Made by a program: the position numbers and the translations under genes. A stretch of DNA of 64,000 nt. It comes from an uncultured Lachnospiraceae bacterium. Its GTDB lineage: Bacteria; Bacillota; Clostridia; Lachnospirales; Lachnospiraceae. Where the stretch lies: contig CAJUHP010000003.1 of the NCBI GenBank assembly GCA_910586125.1, positions 98,552-162,551 on the forward strand, read 5' to 3'. Below the pieces are notes generated by a model. That model saw only the letters and a program-made list of their open reading frames with translations. It made no database searches and had not been told where the DNA came from. Positions 56,726-64,000 of this stretch are shown in pieces. Each line of letters opens with the position of its first letter. The first letter of the stretch is position 1.

Positions 56726-57472
56726 ATGATGCAGGAAGATATCCAAAGATTTGTCTGCTATTTGACGGATGATAAGAATGCAGCCGCCAACACGGTAGTG
56801 TCCTATGAGCGGGATTTACGGAAGATGAGCAGCTATATGGAATCTCAGGAGATTCATGCGGCGGAGAAAGTGACCGCGACGTCTCTCAATGCTTACATAT
56901 TGTACTTAGAGAGCAATGGAATGTCCACTTCTACCATCTCCAGGACGATCGCCACACTGAGGCGTTTTTTTGATTTTCAGTGCAAGCACGGCGGCTGCAA
57001 GGAGGACCCTTCCGAACGTTTAAAGGCGCCGAAGATTGAAAAGAAAGCCACGCGCATGGTGACGAAAGAGGAGCTGCTGAAAATTTTGGATCTGGGGGTT
57101 CCCAGCCCCAAGCGGGAGCGGGATCATGCGATGCTGCTTGCCATGAGTCAGGGAATCCGGGCCAGCGAAGTGATCCGGCTGAGCCTGGCGGATGTGAACT
57201 TAGATCTGGGATATCTGATACTGCGGGGGGAGCGGCAGAGCCGTACCATGGCGGTGGGCAGCCGTCTGGTGGAAGCATTGCGCTGCTATATGAAAGAGGG
57301 CCGGGAAAAGCTCTTGAAGGGAAGAGAGAGCGACGCGCTGTTTGTCAACTGCAACGGCAGCCGCCTAAGCCGCCAGGGCGTCTGGAAAGTTGTAAAATAC
57401 TATGGGGAGATGGCAGGGATACAGGAATTGACGCCGGACGGTCTGCGCCTGCCGGCTGGACAGACCATTTAG
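56726..57472 (+). CDS. XerD-like tyrosine recombinase, C-terminally truncated (possible pseudogene)
   Basis: SAM-like N-domain (NTVVSYERDLRKM, ISRTIATLRRFF) and the first catalytic Arg context (ERDHAMLLAMSQGIRASEV). The protein ends at ...LTPDGLRLPAGQTI, where HxLRHSFATHLL is expected. The His and the Tyr nucleophile region are absent. Confidence 0.65.
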   Translation: MMQEDIQRFVCYLTDDKNAAANTVVSYERDLRKMSSYMESQEIHAAEKVTATSLNAYILYLESNGMSTSTISRTIATLRRFFDFQCKHGGCKEDPSERLKAPKIEKKATRMVTKEELLKILDLGVPSPKRERDHAMLLAMSQGIRASEVIRLSLADVNLDLGYLILRGERQSRTMAVGSRLVEALRCYMKEGREKLLKGRESDALFVNCNGSRLSRQGVWKVVKYYGEMAGIQELTPDGLRLPAGQTI

Positions 57473-57505
57473 AGCCGAGAAAGACGATCACATAGGAATG
57501 AGATT

Positions 57506-57600
57506 GGAGGCGGCTGCAAAACAAAGATCCTATGCAAGATAGGGGACACAAATTATCATAGCTATCGTTTGTGGTTCATCTGCGTTTTGCAACTGCCTCC
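57506..57600. repeat. 17-nt inverted repeat (15/17) enclosing a 61-nt segment
   Basis: GGAGGCGGCTGCAAAAC (57506-57522) versus the reverse complement of GTTTTGCAACTGCCTCC (57584-57600). There is an inner CCTAT/ATAGG hairpin. Confidence 0.7.
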
Positions 57601-57660
57601 ATTTATTATAGGAAATTACTGTTCATAATTAGGATTCCATCCCATATCCCAATCCCCGTC

Positions 57661-57693
57661 AAACGCTTGCATCCAAAGCGTTTTTCTTTTTTT
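57661..57693 (+). terminator. plus-strand intrinsic terminator in the convergent gap
   Basis: AAACGCTT / AAGCGTTT stem with a 7-nt loop, followed by TTCTTTTTTT. Confidence 0.7.
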
Positions 57694-57737
57694 ATCCCCA
57701 TATTCCTCATCTGGCCTACAGGCCGAAAGGCATCGGA

Positions 57738-58766
57738 TCACAAACTATCGGCAATCTCATACAGCAGTTTTTCGGAATCCTCCCAGCCCAGGCAGGGATC
57801 GGTGATGGATTTTCCGTAGATGTGCTCCCCGATTTTCTGGCAGCCGGGCTCCAGGTAGCTCTCGATCATCAGGCCCTTGACCATGCGGCCGATCTCCGGA
57901 TTGTGGCGGCGGCTGTGCAGGACTTCCTTGGCGATGCGGATCTGTTCGCGGTACTGTTTGCCGGAATTGGCATGGTTGCAGTCGATGATGCAGGCGGGGT
58001 AGAGCAATTCCCGCTCGGCGTACATCTGATGCAGCAGAAGAAGATCTTCGTAATGATAATTGGGCAGGCTCTGCCCGTGCTTATTGACATAGCCGCGCAG
58101 AATCGTGTGGGCCAGAGGATTTCCGCTGGTGCGCACCTCCCAGCCGCGGAAGATAAAGGTATGTTTCTGCTGGGCGGCATAGACCGAATTCAGCATGACC
58201 GAGATATCGCCGCCGGTGGGATTTTTCATGCCGGCCGGCACGTCCATGCCGCTGGCCGTAAGCCGGTGCTGCTGATTTTCCACGGAGCGTGCGCCGACAG
58301 CCACATAGGACAGAACGTCGGATAAATAGCGGTAGTTCTCGGGATAGAGCATTTCGTCCGCGGCGGGCAGCCCCGCTTCCCGGATGGCATCCATGTGCAG
58401 GCGGCGGATCGCTACCAAGCCGGCCAGAAGGTCTTCCTCCTTGTCCGGGTCCGGCTGGTGCAGAAGGCCCTTGTAGCCGTCTCCGTTGGTGCGGGGCTTG
58501 TTGGTGTAGATGCGGGGAATGATCACCAGCTTATCCGCAGTTTTATCCTGAACGGCGCGCAGCCGGTGCAGGTAATCAAAGATGGCGTCGGGGTTGTCTG
58601 ACGAGCAGGGACCGATGATCATGAGAAAACGGGAATCTTCCCCGGTAAAAATACGGCGGATCTCCTCGTCTCGCTTGGCTTTCAGGGCGCAGAGCGCGTC
58701 GGACATCGGGAATTGTTTTTTAATTTCAGCCGGAACCGGCAGCTTTGCAATAAATTCAAAACTCAT
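57738..58766 (-). CDS. 3-deoxy-7-phosphoheptulonate (DAHP) synthase, type I-alpha
   Basis: IIGPCSSDNP, IYTNKPRT, GARSVENQQHR, IDCNHANSGKQ and YGKSITDPCLGWEDSE align with E. coli AroG as recalled. Confidence 0.9.
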   Translation of the reverse strand: MSFEFIAKLPVPAEIKKQFPMSDALCALKAKRDEEIRRIFTGEDSRFLMIIGPCSSDNPDAIFDYLHRLRAVQDKTADKLVIIPRIYTNKPRTNGDGYKGLLHQPDPDKEEDLLAGLVAIRRLHMDAIREAGLPAADEMLYPENYRYLSDVLSYVAVGARSVENQQHRLTASGMDVPAGMKNPTGGDISVMLNSVYAAQQKHTFIFRGWEVRTSGNPLAHTILRGYVNKHGQSLPNYHYEDLLLLHQMYAERELLYPACIIDCNHANSGKQYREQIRIAKEVLHSRRHNPEIGRMVKGLMIESYLEPGCQKIGEHIYGKSITDPCLGWEDSEKLLYEIADSL

Positions 58767-58835
58767 GGCAAACTCCTTTTTCTTGTGTTTTTCTTATGGG
58801 GCCTTTTTTCTCTGGGCGGGAAAACACTGCCTTTT

Positions 58836-58864
58836 ATCATAGTATAGAAAATTGTTTCTGGCAA
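58836..58864 (-). promoter_or_regulatory. promoter of the DAHP synthase gene (TTGCCA-17-TATGAT)
   Basis: Minus-strand hexamers at 58859-58864 and 58836-58841. Confidence 0.5.
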
Positions 58865-59052
58865 GCTTTTTCCTTTGTCAAATCCGATTTTTTATGATAT
58901 GCTGTAAGGGATGCAACAGACCGCCGGGCATGATTCGGGAAGCCATGTGTTTTTCTGATATACTCATACGAGCCTCCTCTATGTTACCGGCAGAAGCTGC
59001 TGGTGTGAGAACACCTTTACACACTGTACATAGACCAAGGGAGGATACGGGA

Positions 59053-60174
59053 ATGCAGTACAGAAAATTTGGCCGCACTGGCTGTGAAATCTCGGCGCTG
59101 GGATTTGGCTGTATGCGTCTGCCGATGACGGGCAGCGAGCCGTCGGATGTCGATAAGCCGGAAGCGATTCGCCTGATCCGTCATGCCATCGAACAGGGCG
59201 TGAACTACGTGGATACGGCTTACAATTACCACGGCGGACAGAGCGAGGCCGTGGTGGGGGAGGCGCTTCTTGACGGATATCGAGAGAAGACGTATTTGGC
59301 GACGAAATGCCCGGTTTGGCTGGTGGACAAACCGGAGGACTTTGACCGGCTTTTGGACGAGCAGCTCGCGAAGCTTCAGACAGATCACATTGATTTTTAT
59401 CTGCTTCATGCGCTGCATCAGGATAGCTGGGAGAATCGCGTGAAGAGACATGGTCTGATTGAGAAGATGAAGGAAGCCAAGGCGGACGGCCGGATTCGGT
59501 TTATGGGATTTTCATTCCATGACAGCCTGACTCTGTTTCGGGAGATTGTGGATGCCAGCGAAGACTGGGATTTTTGCCAGATTCAGCACAACTACATTGA
59601 TACGAACAACCAGGCCGGCAGCGAGGGACTGACTTACGCCGCGTCCAAGGGGCTGGGCGTGATTATTATGGAGCCGCTTCTGGGCGGAAGGTTGGCAGCG
59701 GCCCCTGAACAGGTGGCAAAGGTACTGCCAGAGGATCGCTCGGCGGTGGAGTGGGCCTTTGACTATCTGTGGGATAAGCCGGAGGTGGGATTCCTTCTCA
59801 GCGGAATGGGAAGTATGGAGATGGTGGAGCAGAATCTGGTCTATGCCGGCCGGAGTCATACGGGAATGGTGCCGGAGGCAGAGCGCCCTCTGTACGAGCG
59901 GGCCAAAGAAGTCTTTGACACGATGGCCATTGTTCCCTGCACCAAGTGCGGTTATTGTATGCCCTGTCCCTTCGGCGTGGATATCCCTGGCGTTTACGAT
60001 GCCTACAACAAGACGGCATCCCAGGGAATGCGCAGGGCCAAGGAGGTCTATGCCGCTTTGGAGGGCCAGGCGGATCGGTGCCAAAGCTGCGGCCGCTGTG
60101 AAGAACACTGTCCGCAGCATATCCGCACATCGGAGCGTATGCCGGAGATTGTAAAGGCATTTGCTGAAAAATAG
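59053..60174 (+). CDS. aldo/keto reductase with a C-terminal 4Fe-4S ferredoxin-type domain
   Basis: MQYRKFGRTGCEISALGFGCMRLP and DTAYNYHGGQSE, plus two Cys clusters (CTKCGYCMPCP and CQSCGRCEEHCP). ATG 59053 after GGGAGGA. Confidence 0.85.
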   Translation: MQYRKFGRTGCEISALGFGCMRLPMTGSEPSDVDKPEAIRLIRHAIEQGVNYVDTAYNYHGGQSEAVVGEALLDGYREKTYLATKCPVWLVDKPEDFDRLLDEQLAKLQTDHIDFYLLHALHQDSWENRVKRHGLIEKMKEAKADGRIRFMGFSFHDSLTLFREIVDASEDWDFCQIQHNYIDTNNQAGSEGLTYAASKGLGVIIMEPLLGGRLAAAPEQVAKVLPEDRSAVEWAFDYLWDKPEVGFLLSGMGSMEMVEQNLVYAGRSHTGMVPEAERPLYERAKEVFDTMAIVPCTKCGYCMPCPFGVDIPGVYDAYNKTASQGMRRAKEVYAALEGQADRCQSCGRCEEHCPQHIRTSERMPEIVKAFAEK

Positions 60175-60180
60175 CATAAA

Positions 60181-60210
60181 AAGCAGTGACAAAAGAAGCA
60201 GTGACAAAAA
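60181..60210 (+). repeat. 15-nt direct repeat x2 (AAGCAGTGACAAAAR)
   Basis: 60181-60195 and 60196-60210, 14/15 identical, in the purine-rich gap before the aminopeptidase gene. Confidence 0.7.
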
Positions 60211-60265
60211 AAGACGAAGAAAAACATGAAGACATTTCACGAAAACATTGAGGGAGAAAAAAACA

Positions 60266-61687
60266 ATGGAAACCAAAAATATTTGGAGTAAGTACACAGA
60301 ACAGGAAGAGCGGGATCTGGTTCAGGTGAACGAAGAATACAAGGATTTTCTGAACCGCGGCAAGACCGAGCGTGAGTGCATTGTCCGGGCGGTGGCCATG
60401 GCCGAGGAGAAGGGCTACCGCAGCCTGGAGAGCGTGATCGCAGCGGGTGAGACGCTGAAAGCCGGGGATAAGGTGTATGCGGTCAATATGAAAAAGAGCA
60501 TAGCTCTGTTTCAGATCGGTGAAAAACCTATGACTGAGGGAATGAATATCCTGGGCGCGCATGTGGACTCCCCCCGTCTGGACATCAAACAGAATCCTCT
60601 GTATGAGGACTCGGATTTCGCCTATCTGGACACCCACTATTACGGCGGAATCAAGAAATATCAGTGGGTGGCCAGCCCCATGTCCCTGCACGGCGTCGTG
60701 GCAAAAAAGGACGGCTCCGTCGTCGATGTGGTGATCGGTGAGGACGAGAGCGATCCGGTATTCTGCATTACGGATCTGCTTGTACATCTGGCCGGCGAGC
60801 AGTTAAAGCAGAAAGCCAGCGTGGTGATCGCCGGCGAGGACCTGAACTTGCTGGTGGGCAGCCGTCCGCTGAAAAAGGAAGAGAAGGAAGCGGCAAAAGA
60901 CGAGGACAAGGCAGCCGGCAAAGAGCTGGTAAAGGCGCAGATCCTGTCCATTCTGAAGGAAAAATACGGGATGGAAGAAGAGGACTTTCTCTCGGCCGAG
61001 CTGGAGGTGGTTCCGGCGGGCAAGGCCAGAGACTGCGGCTTGGATCGCAGCATGGTTCTGGGCTATGGACAGGACGACCGGATCTGTGCGTATACGTCCC
61101 TGGCGGCGATTCTGGAAATGGCGTCCGTGGAGCGGACGGCCTGCTGCTTGCTGGTGGATAAGGAAGAAATCGGAAGCGTGGGCGCGACCGGTATGAGTTC
61201 CCTGTTTTTTGAGAATACTGTAGCGGAGATCCTGGACCGGATGGGGCAGTATTCGGAGCTGGCGCTGCGCCGCTGCCTGTCCCGTTCCCGCATGCTGTCC
61301 TCGGACGTCAGCGCAGGTTTTGATCCGATTTACGCGCAGTCCTTTGAGAAGAAAAACGCAGCGTTTCTGGGCCGGGGTATGTCCTTCAACAAGTTTACCG
61401 GCTCGCGCGGCAAGAGTGGTTCCAACGACGCCAACGCGGAGTACATTGCCAGACTGCGCCGTATTTTTGACGAGGCCGGCGTGTCCTTCCAGACGGCCGA
61501 ACTTGGCAAAGTTGATGTGGGAGGGGGCGGAACCATCGCCTATATTCTGGCGAAATATGGGATGGAAGTGATCGACAGCGGCCTGCCGGTCTTAAATATG
61601 CACGCCTTATATGAGGTGTCCAGCAAGGCGGACATTTACGAGGCGGTCCGGGGCTATAAGGCATTTTTGGCTGACGGACAGGCGTAA
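60266..61687 (+). CDS. M18-family aminopeptidase
   Basis: GAHVDSPRLDIKQNPLYE, YYGGIKKYQW, VDKEEIGSVGATG, GGGGTIAYIL. Confidence 0.85.
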   Translation: METKNIWSKYTEQEERDLVQVNEEYKDFLNRGKTERECIVRAVAMAEEKGYRSLESVIAAGETLKAGDKVYAVNMKKSIALFQIGEKPMTEGMNILGAHVDSPRLDIKQNPLYEDSDFAYLDTHYYGGIKKYQWVASPMSLHGVVAKKDGSVVDVVIGEDESDPVFCITDLLVHLAGEQLKQKASVVIAGEDLNLLVGSRPLKKEEKEAAKDEDKAAGKELVKAQILSILKEKYGMEEEDFLSAELEVVPAGKARDCGLDRSMVLGYGQDDRICAYTSLAAILEMASVERTACCLLVDKEEIGSVGATGMSSLFFENTVAEILDRMGQYSELALRRCLSRSRMLSSDVSAGFDPIYAQSFEKKNAAFLGRGMSFNKFTGSRGKSGSNDANAEYIARLRRIFDEAGVSFQTAELGKVDVGGGGTIAYILAKYGMEVIDSGLPVLNMHALYEVSSKADIYEAVRGYKAFLADGQA

Positions 61688-61811
61688 GCGCCGGATACCA
61701 AAAACCGGCGGATGCCGGTAAGGACGTACGGCCGCCGGTAAAAGCGAGAAAGCCGGACAACAGAAGAGCCGATAGATTCCGGCAGAGCCGGATAACAGGA
61801 AAGGAGAAGTC

Positions 61812-62969
61812 ATGAAAATTTGCAATGCATTGGTGTATACAGAGGAGGGCGTGTTCGCGCGCAGGGACGTGCTGGTGGAGGACGGAAAGATTCTGAAGGT
61901 GGCAGAGGAGGGGGAACTTTCGTCTATCTCGGACGATACCGTGCTGGACGGAAAGGGGATGTACCTGATTCCCGGCCTGACAGATATTCATTTTCACGGC
62001 TGTGTCGGCTATGATTTCTGCGACGGAACCGAGGAGGCCATCGAAGCCATTGCCCGGTATGAGGCGAAAAACGGCGTGACCACGATCTGCCCGGCCACAA
62101 TGACGTTTTCCGAGGAGATCCTGACAGGCATCTGCGAGACGGCAAGAAAATACCGGGAGGAGGATGCCGACCGCCACGCGGGCGCTGCTCTGGTGGGCAT
62201 CAACATGGAAGGGCCTTTCATTTCCATGGAAAAGAAGGGCGCACAGAATCCGGCCTATATTCACAAGCCGGACGAGGGAATGTACCGCCGTCTCCAGGAA
62301 GCTTCCGGCGGTCTGATCAAGCTGGTGGACATTGCGCCGGAGACGGAGGATGCCATGGCATTTATCAAGGCGGTTCACGGGGAGGCGGTCTGCTCGCTGG
62401 CTCACACCACGGCGGATTATGAAATATCTATGGAAGCCTTTGCAAACGGCGCCAGCCATGTGACGCATCTGTACAATGCCATGCCGCCGTACACGCACCG
62501 CAAACCCGGCCTGATCGGAGCGGCGGCAGATACGCCCGGCTGCGAGGTGGAGCTGATCTGTGACGGCGTTCACATTCATCCGGCGGTTGTGCGGGCAACG
62601 CTGCGCATGTTCGGCACGGATCGCGTGATTATGATCAGCGACAGCATGAGCGCCACCGGCATGGAAGACGGCATGTATTCGCTGGGCGGACAGCCCGTGA
62701 AAGTTTGCGGCAATCTGGCGACGCTTGCGGACGGCACGATCGCGGGTTCCGCCACCAATCTGATGCGCTCCCTCCAGGTCGTGGTGAAAGATATGGGGGT
62801 TCCGTTAGAGACGGCGGTGCGCCTGGCGGCGGTGAACTCGGCAAAATCCATCGGTATTTATGGCGAGTACGGAAGCATAACGCCCGGCAAGGTCGCCAAT
62901 CTGGTGCTGTTGGATTCGGACCTGAACGTAAAGAAAGTGATTTTGAACGGAGAAGAATACAAGGGATAA
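61812..62969 (+). CDS. nagA: N-acetylglucosamine-6-phosphate deacetylase
   Basis: PGLTDIHFHGC, INMEGPFIS, LAHTTADY, THLYNAM, ISDSMSATG. SD AAGGAGA. Confidence 0.9.
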   Translation: MKICNALVYTEEGVFARRDVLVEDGKILKVAEEGELSSISDDTVLDGKGMYLIPGLTDIHFHGCVGYDFCDGTEEAIEAIARYEAKNGVTTICPATMTFSEEILTGICETARKYREEDADRHAGAALVGINMEGPFISMEKKGAQNPAYIHKPDEGMYRRLQEASGGLIKLVDIAPETEDAMAFIKAVHGEAVCSLAHTTADYEISMEAFANGASHVTHLYNAMPPYTHRKPGLIGAAADTPGCEVELICDGVHIHPAVVRATLRMFGTDRVIMISDSMSATGMEDGMYSLGGQPVKVCGNLATLADGTIAGSATNLMRSLQVVVKDMGVPLETAVRLAAVNSAKSIGIYGEYGSITPGKVANLVLLDSDLNVKKVILNGEEYKG

Positions 62970-62991
62970 CAGGGCTGGACAAATGAGGAAG

Positions 62992-63034
62992 ACAGGCCGA
63001 AAACCGGCATGGGACCCGGTTTTCGGCCTGTTTT
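62992..63034 (+). terminator. nagA terminator
   Basis: A 16-bp perfect stem, ACAGGCCGAAAACCGG / CCGGTTTTCGGCCTGT, followed by TTTT. Confidence 0.85.
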
Positions 63035-63081
63035 GCGAAATACAGCGGCAAAAGGAAGCTTTCAAGGGAAGGAGACGGCAG

Positions 63082-64000
63082 GTGACAGAGCAGAAGGAGA
63101 CGCCGCAGATGCAGGCGTGCCGTCTGTGTCCAAGAGAGTGCGGCGCGGATCGGACGGCAGGGCAGCGGGGGCGCTGCCGGATGACAGCCCGTCTTACAGC
63201 GGCGCGGGCGGCTTTACATATGTGGGAAGAACCGTGTCTGTCCGGAGAAGAGGGATCCGGGGCTGTGTTTTTTTCCGGCTGCGCGCTTGGCTGCGTATAC
63301 TGTCAGAACCGGGAGATCGCATCCGGCCGGGTGGGAAAGGAGATTTCTGTAAACCGGCTGGCGGAGATTTTTCTGACCTTGCAGAGACAGCGGGCCAACA
63401 ATATCAACCTGGTGACGGCGGGGCATTTTGCAGTGCCGGTTGCGCGGGCGCTGGAATTGGCAAAGACACAGGGCCTGCGGATTCCGGTGGTGTATAACAG
63501 CAGCGGCTACGAGAAGGAGGAGACGCTCCGGATGCTTGACGGGCTGGTGGATATCTATCTGCCGGATCTGAAATACTGGTCGCCGGATCTGGCCGGCCGG
63601 TATTCGGCGGCTTGGGACTACTTCGATGTGGCGGCAAAAGCCATAGAGGAGATGGTGCGCCAGATTTTCGGAAAGGGCACGCCGCCGCGTGATGGAAAGA
63701 CGGGGCTGGAGGCGGGGCGGCGCGCGGTATTTGACGACAGAGGACAGATGCAGCGCGGCGTGATTGTGCGGCATCTGCAGCTTCCGGGATGTCTGGAAGA
63801 TTCCAAACATGTGATCCGGTATCTGTACGAGACATACGGGGACCAGATTTATATCAGTATTATGAACCAGTATACGCCGCCGGCAGACATAAGCCGTTTC
63901 CCGGAGCTGAACCGGCGCCTGACGAAAAGAGAGTACGATAAGCTGGTAAACTATGCCATCGGACTGGGGGTTGAAAACGGATTTATCCAGGAGGGGAGGA
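63082..64000 (+). CDS. radical SAM protein, PflX-like (pyruvate formate-lyase activase homolog), 3' end outside window
   Basis: Not in the ORF track because no stop is reached. Frame 63082/63109 reads ...CRLCPRECGADR...HMWEEPCLSGEEGSGAVFFSGCALGCVYCQN (CxxxCxxC). GTG 63082 lies 7 nt after GGAGA; ATG 63109 is an alternative start. Confidence 0.75.
   Translation, partial: MTEQKETPQMQACRLCPRECGADRTAGQRGRCRMTARLTAARAALHMWEEPCLSGEEGSGAVFFSGCALGCVYCQNREIASGRVGKEISVNRLAEIFLTLQRQRANNINLVTAGHFAVPVARALELAKTQGLRIPVVYNSSGYEKEETLRMLDGLVDIYLPDLKYWSPDLAGRYSAAWDYFDVAAKAIEEMVRQIFGKGTPPRDGKTGLEAGRRAVFDDRGQMQRGVIVRHLQLPGCLEDSKHVIRYLYETYGDQIYISIMNQYTPPADISRFPELNRRLTKREYDKLVNYAIGLGVENGFIQEGR

Noticed and set aside
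57500-57700. A possible 6S RNA or other known housekeeping RNA in the gap after the xerD-like gene.
   Set aside because: The closing inverted repeat spans only 95 nt, and there is no long interrupted helix with a central bubble. I cannot support any named RNA family. It is kept only as an unexplained inverted repeat.
63009-63497. A 162-aa ORF from the track at the right end of the window.
   Set aside because: It is out of frame with the open-ended frame starting at 63082/63109, which carries an unmistakable radical SAM CxxxCxxC motif. The track ORF translation is Gly/Arg-rich with no motif.
1-64000. CRISPR arrays, rRNA/tRNA genes, transposases, integrases with attachment sites, phage or toxin-antitoxin modules.
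   Set aside because: No regularly spaced direct repeats of 25-40 nt, no rRNA or tRNA signatures, and no transposase-, phage- or TA-like ORFs were seen. The only recombinase-like gene is the truncated XerD homolog.

Overview
A 64-kb chromosomal segment that looks, from gene content and GC-rich codon usage judged by eye, like a spore-forming Clostridia-class Firmicute. Most of the window is core genome. It contains resB-ccsA (cytochrome c maturation), nnrD, mgtE, a dCache chemoreceptor, and a T-box-controlled valS. It also has the spoIIAA-spoIIAB-sigF operon followed directly by spoVAA-spoVAB, a heterodimeric ABC exporter pair, pyk, glyA, mcsA-mcsB-clpC-radA, rny, a guanine-riboswitch-controlled NCS2 purine permease, flotillin, a NUDIX hydrolase, a spoIIM-like gene, a xerD-like gene, DAHP synthase, an M18 aminopeptidase and nagA. 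No rRNA, tRNA, CRISPR array, transposase or prophage genes were recognised. The least ordinary stretch is 25.1-37.3 kb. It holds an apparently cytoplasmic glycan-processing cluster (GH20 hexosaminidase, GH18, an 891-aa PNGase-like transglutaminase-fold protein, a divergent CBM9-like protein), a decayed sulfatase remnant, and an orphan 1423-aa double-activase fusion with no dehydratase partner. Other observations worth checking: a leader-peptide/double-hairpin attenuator in front of the ABC exporter; two compact promoter-to-terminator modules (25.15 kb and 53.02 kb, the latter with a 24-codon mini-ORF); a XerD-like gene that stops before its catalytic tyrosine and is followed by a 17-nt inverted repeat; a 47-bp tandem repeat upstream of the spoIIM-like gene; a catalytically dead rhomboid-like protein fused to a Cys/His module; absence of ctsR at the head of the mcsA-mcsB-clpC operon; and several unannotated micro-ORFs. 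All family assignments come from motif recognition by eye, and none has been checked by database search.
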